Assembly (NCBI GenBank): GCA_937894465.1
Contig: CALCRE010000293.1
Coordinates: 9,482-73,481, forward strand
Direction of reading: 5' to 3'
DNA from: an uncultured Clostridia bacterium
Lineage (GTDB): Bacteria > Bacillota > Clostridia > JAAYHZ01
DNA length: 64,000 nt
The position numbers and the translations under genes are program-made. Each line of letters begins with the position of its first letter. Position 1 is the stretch's first letter. The notes under the pieces were generated by a model that searched no databases, had not been told where the DNA came from, and saw nothing but the letters and a program-made list of their open reading frames with translations. Below, piece after piece: positions 11,256 through 21,597 of the stretch.

Positions 11256-11437
11256 TTTTATTTGATCAACCTCTTTTCCATTTTAAATGTTTTTATTTCT
11301 TTACAGCTATTTTAGCATAAAATCAACCTAATCCATCCATAAATTTTAAAAATTACATCTGTTAAAAACGACTTTTTTGAAGATACTATGAATGTGCGTA
11401 CAACGAATTCTTTTGATAGAAGAGAAGGAGGAAAACT

Positions 11438-11620
11438 GTGGCTAAAAGAAAAAGTGTTATGTCAGATGCTTTGAAAGCAGAATTTGCTCGAGAGCTGGGT
11501 GTATATGACACTGTAAAAAGAGAAGGTTGGGGAAGCGTCTCGTCCAAGAATTGCGGTAACTTAGTCAAAATGGCAATAGAGAAAGCAAATAGGGGACCGG
11601 GTGATAACCAACTAAAGTAA
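11438..11620 (+). CDS. Small acid-soluble spore protein, alpha/beta-type family
   Basis: LKAEFARELG...GWGSVSSKNCGNLVKMAIE; AAGGAGG RBS with GTG start. Confidence 0.85.
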   Translation: MAKRKSVMSDALKAEFARELGVYDTVKREGWGSVSSKNCGNLVKMAIEKANRGPGDNQLK

Positions 11621-11639
11621 CAGATGGTATGCATTTCTT

Positions 11640-11665
11640 AAAAGACGGGCAATAGTCCGTCTTTT
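11640..11665. terminator. Bidirectional intrinsic terminator
   Basis: AAAAGACGG-N8-CCGTCTTTT between convergent genes. Confidence 0.8.
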
Positions 11666-12107
11666 ATCTTTCTAATTTTCTGATAATCGTATTGAATAAA
11701 GTGTATATGCTAGCTGCAATGATCACAGCAGCTGCAATAGCCGTGGCAATCAATAATGTTTCAGTTCCTTTAAAAATAGCTTGATTATAGTCTCCTTGTA
11801 AAAGAGATATCATGGTGAAATACATTCCTGCGCCGGGAACCAAAGGAATGATTCCCGGTAAAAGCGTGATGGTAATAGGCATTTTTTTAACTCTAGCCAA
11901 CAATTGACTGGAGAAACTTGTAGCCAAAGCACCCATAAAGGTGGCACCGACAGCCGATCCATAAACAGAAAATACGAGGAAATAGACCACCCAAGCCAAC
12001 ATGCCGCAACAACCGGCATAAGGTATAGCTCGTTTGGGACATCGGAACAAAATACTAAAGCACATCGTCGCAATAAACGCATATATCGCATTCAATAACA
12101 AATTCAT
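11664..12107 (-). CDS. Threonine/serine exporter family small subunit (ThrE_2 / YjjB-like)
   Basis: Hydrophobic; PGIIPLVPGAGMY motif; overlaps the upstream partner. Confidence 0.85.
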   Translation of the reverse strand: MNLLLNAIYAFIATMCFSILFRCPKRAIPYAGCCGMLAWVVYFLVFSVYGSAVGATFMGALATSFSSQLLARVKKMPITITLLPGIIPLVPGAGMYFTMISLLQGDYNQAIFKGTETLLIATAIAAAVIIAASIYTLFNTIIRKLER

Positions 12108-12871
12108 AGAAAACCACCTGAAATCACATCAAACAAAGTAAATATAATGGCAACACCGGATGATACTGCAACAATCGTAATGATGGCATCTACGGTTTTT
12201 ACAGTACCACTGATATAGTCTTGGTGAAATATATCGAGAATAGCATTGGTAATAGCTATACCGGGAACCAAAATCATAATGGAGCCAATAATAATTTCAT
12301 TGAAATCTCCGGTCTTTAATAATGATTCAAGACCAATGGCAACTCCGGATATGAGCATTCCTCCTACCAAGTCATTGATGAATCCGGTAACATTAATCTT
12401 TTGAAGCAAAATCAATATCAATCTTGTGACGGCGCCGGTGATAAAAGCTAATAAAGCACTTGTCAATTGTCCTTTAAACATCAAGCAAAAAAATGCTGAA
12501 GAAACACCGGAAAAGAAAACAAGCCATAAAAGAGGATAGCTGTGTATGGAATTGATTTCATCCAACAGTTTTTCAGCTGATCGAATATCAGACAAGCCCA
12601 CAGCCACATCCCTGGACAGTTGATTAATCCGTTCAATTTTTGTAAGGTTTATTTCCCTTTTCCTTACTCGTTGAATTAATGTGACAACCTCCTCTTGGTA
12701 GATGATGGTTGCTTCCATTACAGTGACCGTAACAGTGCATTCAATGCGTGTAGCACCGAAACTTCTGCATATTCGGGCAATGGTGTCTTCAACGCGATAA
12801 ACCTCTGCGCCACTTTCCAGCATAATTTTTCCCGCATACATTGCAAGATCCAAGATGTCTTTTGCTTTCAT
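12104..12871 (-). CDS. Threonine/serine exporter family protein (ThrE / YjjP-like)
   Basis: GKIMLESGAEVYRVEDT and ILVPGIAITNA motifs. Confidence 0.87.
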   Translation of the reverse strand: MKAKDILDLAMYAGKIMLESGAEVYRVEDTIARICRSFGATRIECTVTVTVMEATIIYQEEVVTLIQRVRKREINLTKIERINQLSRDVAVGLSDIRSAEKLLDEINSIHSYPLLWLVFFSGVSSAFFCLMFKGQLTSALLAFITGAVTRLILILLQKINVTGFINDLVGGMLISGVAIGLESLLKTGDFNEIIIGSIMILVPGIAITNAILDIFHQDYISGTVKTVDAIITIVAVSSGVAIIFTLFDVISGGFL

Positions 12872-12911
12872 ATATCACACCTTAACAATCCATCGTTATA
12901 GCCAATATCAA

Positions 12912-12938
12912 AGATCCCCGTTTTTCTAACGGGGATCT
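12912..12938 (-). terminator. Terminator after rubrerythrin
   Basis: AGATCCCCGTT-N5-AACGGGGATCT. Confidence 0.7.
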
Positions 12939-12964
12939 GATATTCCAAATAACCCAACCTTAAC

Positions 12965-13501
12965 TTAGTAATTTTTGCACAATACTTCAAAATGAGCTTG
13001 AGGATGATCACAAACCGGGCAAACGCTCGGAGCGGTATCCCCTTCATGGATATGTCCGCAGTTACGGCATTTCCAATAAACCTTACCATCTTTCTTAAAG
13101 ACAGTACCGTCTTGAATGTTTTTAAGCAAAGCATTATATCGTTCTTCATGTTCTTTTTCTATGGTTGCAACACCTTCAAACAACTTGGCAATGTCCTCAA
13201 ATCCTTCTTCGTAGGCTTCTTCGGCCATGCGCTTGTACATTTCCACCCATTCGTAGTTTTCGCCGGATGCGGCATCCATTAAATTCTCTATGGTATCACC
13301 AATGCCGTGAAACTTTTTAAACCAAATCTTGGCATGTTCTTTTTCATTTTCAGCTGTTTCTAAAAACAAGGCGGCAATCTGTTCGTATCCGGCTTTTTTA
13401 GCCGCCGAAGCATAATAGGTGTATTTATTGCGAGCTTGAGATTCTCCTGCAAATGCTTCCATTAAATTTCTTTCGGTTTTCGTACCTTTCAAATCCTTCA
13501 C
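12965..13501 (-). CDS. rbr: Rubrerythrin
   Basis: [12 protein letters not shown], two EKEH di-iron motifs, C-terminal CRNC...CPVC rubredoxin domain. Confidence 0.95.
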   Translation of the reverse strand: MKDLKGTKTERNLMEAFAGESQARNKYTYYASAAKKAGYEQIAALFLETAENEKEHAKIWFKKFHGIGDTIENLMDAASGENYEWVEMYKRMAEEAYEEGFEDIAKLFEGVATIEKEHEERYNALLKNIQDGTVFKKDGKVYWKCRNCGHIHEGDTAPSVCPVCDHPQAHFEVLCKNY

Positions 13502-13547
13502 TGTGATTTATCCTCCTTTTTTTAATATAAAAATAATCCGTATATTA

Positions 13548-13576
13548 ATTATATACAATTATCAAAATTTAGTAAA
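13548..13576 (-). promoter_or_regulatory. Putative sigma-A promoter of rbr
   Basis: TTTACT-17 nt-TATAAT on the minus strand. Confidence 0.6.
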
Positions 13577-13679
13577 CATATATTACATGCTTGTTTGTGT
13601 TCTTTACACCTATATAAATTTGTAAAAAGGATATACTGATTATACAAACATAAACTTTTATGACAGGACGGGCAAAACG

Positions 13680-15212
13680 ATGAACCAATCTTTTTCATAT
13701 TGGATGGAGACTTCAACACCTCCCGAATTTCCGGCTTATCAAGGGGATCAATCTTGCGATGTGGCAGTGATCGGAGGAGGTTTGACAGGGATCACAACGG
13801 CGACATTGCTTGCACAAAAAGGACTGCGTACTGTAGTTCTAGAAGCAAACAAAGTCGGGAGCGGAACAACTTCAAAAACCACTGCGAAGATTACCATACA
13901 ACACAGTTTAAAGTATCAACAATATATACGGGGTATTGGTACCGAAAACACCGCGATGTATGCAAAGGCGAATTTAATCGGTTTTGAACTTATTCAACAA
14001 TTAATTAAAGAAAACAATATCGATTGTGATTATACAACGGATACTGCATATGTTTATACACTGGAAGAAAAGCATCTCAATAAACTTGAGAACGAGAAAA
14101 AAGCATATGATAAACTTAAGCTGGAGTCTTACTTGGCGGATCAATGTAAATTGCCTTTCCCCATTTCCGGAGCTTTTGCGGTACCCAAACAAGCCTATTT
14201 TCATCCCTTGAAGTACCTATATGCTCTGACTGAAGTATTGAGGAAAAGCAAGGGAGAGATCTATGAGCATTCCCATGTAAAAACAGTGGATAAAGAATCC
14301 GGCGTAGTTCATGTCAACGGGGGAACACTCCATGCCAAACACATTATATTAGCCACCAATTATCCGTTTTTAGACATGCCGGGTTACTATTTCATTCGTA
14401 TTTTTCAGATGAGGTCTTATTTGACCCAAACTCAAACGCCTGACTACGCACTTCAAGGGATGTACATCAATGTAGGAAACCCTGTTCATACCATGAGATC
14501 TCACGGAGATGCCACCGGTAATCATTTGCTATTAGGAGGATACAATCATAAAACCGGACATCAAAAAAACGAAAAACCGATTTATGAAAAAATAGACCTG
14601 GTCAAGCAAAACTATTTCCCTTTTATAAAAAATCCGACAAACCGATATTGGTCCACACAAGACAGTGTGACATTGGATCATCTCCCTTACATCGGTCGCC
14701 TATCCGCCCAAACTCCTAATGTTTTTATCGCTACAGGATACGATAAATGGGGTATGACCAATTCGGCTGCAGCCGCTTTAATCCTCGCACACGAAATCAC
14801 TACGGAAAAACATCCGATTATGGAAACCAAAGGTCTGTTTTCACCGGCGAGGTTCACACCGGGTGCTGCTGCAAAAGAATTTTTGTTTCTAGGTGCGGAT
14901 GCCGTAAAAGAATATACCCTCACCGGTTTGACCATCCCCAAGGGAGATATTGACAAAATCAGAAAAGGTGAAGGTAAAGTGATTCGATCCGATGGTCAAA
15001 TAATTGCGGTTTATCGAGATGAAAACGGGGATTTATCTGCATTTGACGCTCATTGTACCCACAGAATGTGCCCTTTGACTTTCAATAAAACAGAAAAATC
15101 CTGGGATTGCCCTTGTCACGGATCTCGATTTGATGTCAATGGAGACGTAATCAGCGGTCCGGCAGTGGAACCTTTGAAAAAATACACAATTAAATCGCAA
15201 GATGATGTATAA
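13680..15212 (+). CDS. FAD-dependent oxidoreductase with C-terminal Rieske [2Fe-2S] domain (YhfW-like)
   Basis: VIGGGLTG FAD motif; CTH...CPCHGSRF Rieske motif. Confidence 0.9.
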   Translation: MNQSFSYWMETSTPPEFPAYQGDQSCDVAVIGGGLTGITTATLLAQKGLRTVVLEANKVGSGTTSKTTAKITIQHSLKYQQYIRGIGTENTAMYAKANLIGFELIQQLIKENNIDCDYTTDTAYVYTLEEKHLNKLENEKKAYDKLKLESYLADQCKLPFPISGAFAVPKQAYFHPLKYLYALTEVLRKSKGEIYEHSHVKTVDKESGVVHVNGGTLHAKHIILATNYPFLDMPGYYFIRIFQMRSYLTQTQTPDYALQGMYINVGNPVHTMRSHGDATGNHLLLGGYNHKTGHQKNEKPIYEKIDLVKQNYFPFIKNPTNRYWSTQDSVTLDHLPYIGRLSAQTPNVFIATGYDKWGMTNSAAAALILAHEITTEKHPIMETKGLFSPARFTPGAAAKEFLFLGADAVKEYTLTGLTIPKGDIDKIRKGEGKVIRSDGQIIAVYRDENGDLSAFDAHCTHRMCPLTFNKTEKSWDCPCHGSRFDVNGDVISGPAVEPLKKYTIKSQDDV

Positions 15213-15216
15213 AGCT

Positions 15217-15253
15217 AAACTGCTCTTTCCTTATTAAAGAAAGAGCAGTTTTT
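15217..15253. terminator. Bidirectional intrinsic terminator
   Basis: AAACTGCTCTTTC...GAAAGAGCAGTTTTT between convergent genes. Confidence 0.8.
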
Positions 15254-15288
15254 CTTACATATATCTCGAGCTAAATGAAATGCTGTAC

Positions 15289-16947
15289 TTACGACGCTGA
15301 TTGTGTTTCCCGTTCAATTCCTTTTTGAATGATCTTATCCAATTTACTGTACCAACTTGGGCTTAATGTTTCCACTTGGACATTGTCACCCTGTTTGAAA
15401 ATTCTTTTTGCAGTAACATAATAACCGGTCATACCATTTTGTTTTACAACAACTTGCCCGGGTTGAAGCGTGTTCACTTTTTCTTCAACCACATTGAAAG
15501 GATATTCTTTTTCCACCTTTGTCTCAACGGTAATGGTTCGTCCCGGATGTTCATTGGTTCCGCGGAATACTATTTCCACAGCTTTATCCTTGATAATCGC
15601 TTCAACTTTTATAGGGTAAGTTGTGTTGTTACGGAATTTAAAATCCACAGCACCCCATGCTACCGTGGCATCTGTTCCTAAATCCACATAACTTACTGTA
15701 AACTGATGATTCAACCGCTCCACGATTTCCATCCCGGCATATAAAGCCACATTGTATAACAAGGAAGAAACCTGGCAAATACCTCCGCCGTAGTCATCTT
15801 CAATCCGTCCGCTGATATAAACGTGAGCAGCTTTAAATCCTCTTGCAGCCGACCTTTCTCCTACCACATCATTAAAAGAAAAAACATCTCCGGGGGCTAA
15901 GACCTTTCCATTAATGTTTTGCGCAACCAAACGAATATTGTGTCCCCTGTTAATGGTGTTTTGATCATATTCGCTATATACCGTCAATCTGCGATCCAAC
16001 ACATCTTTATAGATCTTAGATTGGATATCTTGACTTTTTACATCCGGAATCACATTTTGAATACTTAAGGGGATGATGATGTTTTCTTTCATGCCCATTT
16101 CCTTAACCGATTGTTCCAGGATCGCTTTATCTACGGTCTTTCCCGGTTTTTCAGGAACAATAAGCACCTCATTGTTTTCCACTTTAAATGTTGCAGGTTC
16201 CTCTTTTACATAAACAGAGGAGAAAATTGTAGCGGCATCAATGTTTTTTCTTGGATATACGGATATTTCCGCTTTATACTCGGCACTTTCCAGCTTATCC
16301 AACGAATCATAAATTTGATCAGCCAATTTAGTGCGATTTAACTCTTTTCCATCGGTTCCTGCTTTTAAAATGATTTCAGTATCGGTAATATCATATGAAT
16401 TATCAATCCGTTCCACGAAAATGTCATCATAGATTTGAGTTATGATTTGCTCTACAGCCAGCTCATCGTAAGTGGCTCGGGTATAAAATTTCTTTTGATT
16501 CAAATAAGCCGATATGATTTCAAACACTCTGTCCTTTTTCGTACCCGTTCGGCCGATACTCCATACTTGATCTACCGTTTCGTCTATGTTCACCGAAATC
16601 CCCACATCAGTATATTTGATCACACGAATTTGGTCATTGTATTTCACTGTAATGGTTTTTTGTTCAAGAACTTCTTTTTCATTTTTGATCAACAGTTGTC
16701 TTAATTCATCCTTTGACATACCGCTGACATCTATCTCATTGACCGTGATTCCCTTATAAATGACTTCAAGTTCTAAAAGATTCCCGAATAGAACTACCGC
16801 ATAAGACGATGCACCGATCAGCAATACCGCTAGAAAAACCAGTATAATATTTATTGAGGAAACTCCCCTTTTATCAAAAATTAAATTAAACAAAAGCAAC
16901 ACTCCATTTTTACAAGTATCTATACTTATATTATTACAAGTAAGCAA
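15289..16947 (-). CDS. VanW-family membrane-anchored protein with peptidoglycan-binding and G5-like domains (true start probably a TTG near 16895-16900)
   Basis: N-terminal TM; GDVFSFNDVVG, GGGICQVSS, DFKFRN VanW motifs; GMTGY G5-like tail. Confidence 0.85.
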   Translation of the reverse strand: MLTCNNISIDTCKNGVLLLFNLIFDKRGVSSINIILVFLAVLLIGASSYAVVLFGNLLELEVIYKGITVNEIDVSGMSKDELRQLLIKNEKEVLEQKTITVKYNDQIRVIKYTDVGISVNIDETVDQVWSIGRTGTKKDRVFEIISAYLNQKKFYTRATYDELAVEQIITQIYDDIFVERIDNSYDITDTEIILKAGTDGKELNRTKLADQIYDSLDKLESAEYKAEISVYPRKNIDAATIFSSVYVKEEPATFKVENNEVLIVPEKPGKTVDKAILEQSVKEMGMKENIIIPLSIQNVIPDVKSQDIQSKIYKDVLDRRLTVYSEYDQNTINRGHNIRLVAQNINGKVLAPGDVFSFNDVVGERSAARGFKAAHVYISGRIEDDYGGGICQVSSLLYNVALYAGMEIVERLNHQFTVSYVDLGTDATVAWGAVDFKFRNNTTYPIKVEAIIKDKAVEIVFRGTNEHPGRTITVETKVEKEYPFNVVEEKVNTLQPGQVVVKQNGMTGYYVTAKRIFKQGDNVQVETLSPSWYSKLDKIIQKGIERETQSAS

Positions 16948-17197
16948 CCGAAAAACAATAATTAATAATTATATTATTTGGCTTATTTAACCTTTATCAC
17001 AAAACAAAGGTCAGCCTTTTTTCCCCCCACTTTTTGAATCCGGCCCCTTCTTTGATTCCTTCGATTATATCACACAAATATCGAATAAACTATATCACTT
17101 TTAAATTTTTTCAAGAAAAACTGAGCAATTGGAATATTCCGGTACCCATTGCACATAATCATTCATATGATGTTATTGTTAAAGGAGGCAATTTGTC

Positions 17198-17551
17198 ATG
17201 CGTATAACACTATTTAAAAAGAAAACCATCCGTTCCATATCATTAAAACACTTTTTTAATGAGAAAAAGGTTCAACCGAACAATATTACAGTGGATGATG
17301 AATCAAAAAAGTTTTCCAACCAAGAGCTGTTGGATGCCATTAAAATTGCTAAAGATGATTTGGACTTGGCAATGGAACATTTTCATTATGCAATGACTCC
17401 GGAAATCATCGACGGTTGTATTTATAAAATAAAAGCTTGCATGGAGTACTATCAATATTTGTTAAAGTTAGCCAAGAAACAGGATCTGACTACATCATAC
17501 ATACCTTATCAACTAAAAAAAAGTAGTAAAAAAGAGGTGGCGGTTCTATGA
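17198..17551 (+). CDS. YaaL / DUF2508-family protein
   Basis: F-x-YAMTPEIID-x-CIY...YQYLLKLAK; adjacent to bofA; AAGGAGG RBS. Confidence 0.75.
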   Translation: MRITLFKKKTIRSISLKHFFNEKKVQPNNITVDDESKKFSNQELLDAIKIAKDDLDLAMEHFHYAMTPEIIDGCIYKIKACMEYYQYLLKLAKKQDLTTSYIPYQLKKSSKKEVAVL

Positions 17552-17730
17552 AAACCCTTATAAAATTTATTGTCCATATCTTGTTTGGAGCGGCTTTTTT
17601 ATTTCTTCTAAATCGCATATGTGCAGGAACCGAATACACACTCCCCTTAAACCTTTATACGGTTGTATGTACCGGCCTTTTCGGAGTTCCCGGTGTCATT
17701 TTACTCATATCTATGAAATTCATCCTGTAA
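17548..17730 (+). CDS. bofA: Pro-sigmaK processing inhibitor BofA family
   Basis: Small hydrophobic protein with LPLN...GLFGVPGV. Confidence 0.8.
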   Translation: MKTLIKFIVHILFGAAFLFLLNRICAGTEYTLPLNLYTVVCTGLFGVPGVILLISMKFIL

Positions 17731-17833
17731 TCCTTAAACACTTGTATACAAAATACAAATTTTTTTCTCCTGAGTATTTCAAAATGCATACTTTTATGAT
17801 AAGATGTATCTTGGTAATAACATGCACATAGAC

Positions 17834-17859
17834 TATGTCGTTATCTAAATAACGACATA
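17834..17859. promoter_or_regulatory. Perfect palindrome upstream of nifJ, Rex-operator-like
   Basis: TATGTCGTTAT-ctaa-ATAACGACATA; core resembles TTGTTA-N6-TAACAA. Confidence 0.5.
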
Positions 17860-17905
17860 TTTCATATTACATATGCAAAATTAATATTTAAAGGAGAAAG
17901 AGAAT

Positions 17906-20900
17906 ATGGGTAAAAAGATGCAGACGATGGATGGAAACACCGCTGCGGCGCACGTTGCGTATGCCTTTACCGAGGTAGCCGGTATATATCCGATCACACC
18001 TTCTTCGACAATGGCAGAGTATGTTGACGAATGGGCATCAAAAGGACGTAAGAACATTTTCGGACAACCCGTTAAAGTCGTTGAAATGCAATCAGAAGGC
18101 GGAGCTGCAGGTGTTGTTCACGGATCTTTGCAAGCAGGTGCTTTGACAACAACATTTACAGCATCTCAAGGGCTGTTGCTAATGATTCCTAACATGTATA
18201 AAATCGCAGGTGAATTACTTCCGGGGGTTTTCCACGTTAGTGCACGTGCATTAGCCTCTCATGCGCTTTCCATCTTCGGAGATCATTCCGACGTAATGGC
18301 ATGTCGCCAAACAGGTTTTGCACTTTTAGCATCCGGCGGAATACAAGAAGTCATGGACATTGCAGGTGTTGCACACTTAAGTGCCCTCAAAGGACGAGTA
18401 CCTTTCGTACATTTCTTTGACGGATTCAGATCTTCACATGAAATTCAAAAAATCGAAGTAATGGATTATGACGATTTAAAGGGTTTGGTGGATGTTAAAG
18501 CATTGAAAGAATTCCGTGAGAGAGCCTTAAATCCGAATCGTCCGGTTTTAAGGGGAACGGCTCAAAATCCGGACATCTTCTTCCAAGCAAGAGAGTCCTC
18601 GAATACATATTATGAGAACATTCCGGCTGTTGTAGAAGAGTACATGGAAAAAATAAACGAATTGACCGGTAGAAAATACGGATTGTTTAATTATTACGGT
18701 GCTCCGGATGCTGAGAGAGTTATCATTGCTATGGGTTCTGTCACTGAAACCATTGATGAAACCGTAGATTATTTAATCTCCAAGGGAGAAAAGGTCGGTG
18801 TTTTGAAAGTTCATTTATACAGACCGTTCTCTATTGAACACTTCTTAAAAGAAATGCCTGAAACAGTGAAAAAGATCGCTGTTCTAGACAGAACAAAGGA
18901 ACCCGGCTCACTCGGTGAACCTTTATACTTGGACGTATGCGCTGTTTACAAAAACAAATGTGATGCACCGCAAATCGTAGGCGGAAGATACGGTTTAGGT
19001 TCAAAAGATACAACTCCTGAACAAATCGTTTCAGTATTTGACAACTTGAAATCAGATGAACCTAAAAACGGATTTACCATCGGTATCATTGATGATGTCA
19101 CTCATACTTCATTACCTCTAGGAGAAGAAGTAGACACAACACCGGAAGGAACAGTCAGCTGTAAATTCTGGGGATTAGGCAGCGACGGTACAGTCGGTGC
19201 TAACAAAAACGCCATTAAGATCATCGGAGATAACACCGATAAATATGTACAAGCATACTTCTCATACGACTCCAAAAAATCCGGTGGTATCACCGTTTCT
19301 CACTTGAGATTCGGAGATAAACCCATCAAATCAACATATTTGATCAAGAAAGCCAATTTCCTGGCTTGCCATAATCCGTCTTATGTTCATAAGTACGACA
19401 TGGTGTCGGATATTAAAAAAGGTGGAACCTTCTTGTTGAATTGCGGATGGAACATGGAAGAGCTCGAATCCAATTTGCCGGCTAAAACGAAACGTTATTT
19501 GGCTAAAAACGATATTAAGTTCTATACCATAGACGGTGTTAAGATTGCTCGTGACATCGGATTAGGCGGAAGAACCAACATGGTTATGATGGCAGCTTTC
19601 TTTAACTTGGCAAACATTATTCCCATTGAAGAAGCAGTCAAACATATGGAAAACGCCATTGTGAAATCTTATGGCAAATTTGGTGACAAGGTTGTTGCCA
19701 TGAATAAAGAAGCTGTTCAAAAAGGTATTGAACTACTACATAAAGTTAATGTACCTGCTTCCTGGGCAGATGCAAAAGATGCTCCAAAAGCTGATGTGAA
19801 GGACAGATCGAAATTCTTGACCGACTTTGTTGATGTAATCAATGCGCAAGACGGTGATTCGTTACCGGTCAGTGCTTTTAAAGGTATGGAAGACGGAACA
19901 TTCCCACAAGCTTTATCCAAGTTTGAAAAGAGAGGAATCGCACCTGTGGTTCCGGAATGGATCCCGGAAAACTGCATACAGTGTAACCAATGTTCTTATG
20001 TATGTCCTCATGCCGTCATTCGTCCTTTCCTTTTGAATAAAGAAGAGGAAGCAAGTAAGCCCGCTGATTTCAATACTTTGAAAGCAAATGGGAAAGGCTT
20101 TGAAGATTATACATTCAGAATTCAGGTTTCCTTGATGGACTGCGTAGGATGCGGAAGCTGTGCTGATGTTTGTCCCGCAAAGAATAAAGCTTTGGTTATG
20201 AAAGAATTCGATACACAACATGTCCAAGAAAAGAATTGGGAATATGCAATGTCATTGAGCAAGAAACCCAATCCGATGAAAAAGAATACAGTCAAGGGAT
20301 CGCAGTTTGAGACTCCGTACTTGGAATTCTCCGGTGCATGCCCGGGTTGTGGTGAAACACCGTACTTGAAGCTGGTTACTCAATTCTTCGGAGATCGTAT
20401 GATGATTGCCAATGCCACCGGATGTTCATCCATCTGGGGCGGAAGCGCACCTTCCACACCTTATGCCGTTAATGATGAAGGCAAAGGTCCTGCTTGGGCA
20501 AACTCATTGTTCGAGGACAATGCTGAATACGGTTTGGGTATGTATCATGGCGTTAAGCAGATACAAGAAAAAATCCAAGAACTGAATACAGAATTGATGT
20601 CAAAAGACGTTAGCGACGATATTAAAGCCGCATGCCAAAAATGGATTGATACCCGTACGGACGGCGAAGCATCCATTGGCGCATCTGCTGACCTTGTGAG
20701 CGCACTTGAATCCATTAATTCCGATGATGCCGCTGTTAAGGCAATCGTTGCTGAGTTGTTGGAGAAAAAGGACTATATGGTCAAGCGTTCCCAATGGATC
20801 ATCGGTGGAGACGGATGGGCATATGATATCGGTTTCGGCGGGTTAGACCACGTTCTTGCATCCGGAGAGGATATTAATGTTTTGGTATTTGACACCGAAG

Positions 20901-21436
20901 TATACTCTAACACCGGTGGTCAAGCTTCAAAAGCAACACCCACAGGTAGTGTAGCTCAGTTTGCCGCTGCCGGTAAAGCAACCGGAAAGAAAGACTTGGG
21001 CAGAATTGCCATGACATATGGATATGTATATGTTGCACAAGTTGCTATGGGTGCAAACCAAAACCAATTGATCAAGGCTATCACAGAAGCTGAACAATAT
21101 AACGGACCTTCTTTGATCATTGCTTATGCTCCTTGTATCAATCACGGTATCAAAGCAGGTATGAGTTGCACACAAGCACAAGAAAAGAATGCCGTTGAAT
21201 CCGGTTACTGGCACTTATACAGATACAATCCCGAATTGGCAAAGGAAAACAAGAACCCCTTCGTACTCGATTCCAAGGAACCCAAGCTAAGCTACCAAGA
21301 CTTCTTGAATAGTGAATCAAGGTATGCTCGTTTGTTGAAATCTTCTCCGGATAGAGCCAAGGAACTGTTCGAAAAATCCGAAGCGGATGCGAAGTTCAGA
21401 TATGAATCTTATAAGAAAATGGCTGAACAAGAGTAA
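17906..21436 (+). CDS. nifJ: Pyruvate:ferredoxin (flavodoxin) oxidoreductase
   Basis: YPITPS, CIQCNQC and CVGCGSC ferredoxin motifs, GACPGCGE, GGDGWAYDIG TPP motif. Confidence 0.97.
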   Translation: MGKKMQTMDGNTAAAHVAYAFTEVAGIYPITPSSTMAEYVDEWASKGRKNIFGQPVKVVEMQSEGGAAGVVHGSLQAGALTTTFTASQGLLLMIPNMYKIAGELLPGVFHVSARALASHALSIFGDHSDVMACRQTGFALLASGGIQEVMDIAGVAHLSALKGRVPFVHFFDGFRSSHEIQKIEVMDYDDLKGLVDVKALKEFRERALNPNRPVLRGTAQNPDIFFQARESSNTYYENIPAVVEEYMEKINELTGRKYGLFNYYGAPDAERVIIAMGSVTETIDETVDYLISKGEKVGVLKVHLYRPFSIEHFLKEMPETVKKIAVLDRTKEPGSLGEPLYLDVCAVYKNKCDAPQIVGGRYGLGSKDTTPEQIVSVFDNLKSDEPKNGFTIGIIDDVTHTSLPLGEEVDTTPEGTVSCKFWGLGSDGTVGANKNAIKIIGDNTDKYVQAYFSYDSKKSGGITVSHLRFGDKPIKSTYLIKKANFLACHNPSYVHKYDMVSDIKKGGTFLLNCGWNMEELESNLPAKTKRYLAKNDIKFYTIDGVKIARDIGLGGRTNMVMMAAFFNLANIIPIEEAVKHMENAIVKSYGKFGDKVVAMNKEAVQKGIELLHKVNVPASWADAKDAPKADVKDRSKFLTDFVDVINAQDGDSLPVSAFKGMEDGTFPQALSKFEKRGIAPVVPEWIPENCIQCNQCSYVCPHAVIRPFLLNKEEEASKPADFNTLKANGKGFEDYTFRIQVSLMDCVGCGSCADVCPAKNKALVMKEFDTQHVQEKNWEYAMSLSKKPNPMKKNTVKGSQFETPYLEFSGACPGCGETPYLKLVTQFFGDRMMIANATGCSSIWGGSAPSTPYAVNDEGKGPAWANSLFEDNAEYGLGMYHGVKQIQEKIQELNTELMSKDVSDDIKAACQKWIDTRTDGEASIGASADLVSALESINSDDAAVKAIVAELLEKKDYMVKRSQWIIGGDGWAYDIGFGGLDHVLASGEDINVLVFDTEVYSNTGGQASKATPTGSVAQFAAAGKATGKKDLGRIAMTYGYVYVAQVAMGANQNQLIKAITEAEQYNGPSLIIAYAPCINHGIKAGMSCTQAQEKNAVESGYWHLYRYNPELAKENKNPFVLDSKEPKLSYQDFLNSESRYARLLKSSPDRAKELFEKSEADAKFRYESYKKMAEQE

Positions 21437-21470
21437 AAGAACTTAAAAACTTACAGGATACATTATATAG

Positions 21471-21497
21471 AAAAGCACCGGTTGTCCGGTGCTTTTT
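21471..21497 (+). terminator. Intrinsic terminator after nifJ
   Basis: AAAAGCACCGG-ttgt-CCGGTGCTTTTT. Confidence 0.85.
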
Positions 21498-21597
21498 AAT
21501 ATGTTAATGTCATTTACCTGCCATATTAAAACATAATCCCTTCTTTGTTTTCATATATTGAGAATAGCTGTACTACATAGGCGGAGGGATATGACAT

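Noticed and set aside
16980..17060. c-di-AMP (ydaO) riboswitch
   Set aside because: GAATC and G-runs are reminiscent, but the conserved 3' half is absent
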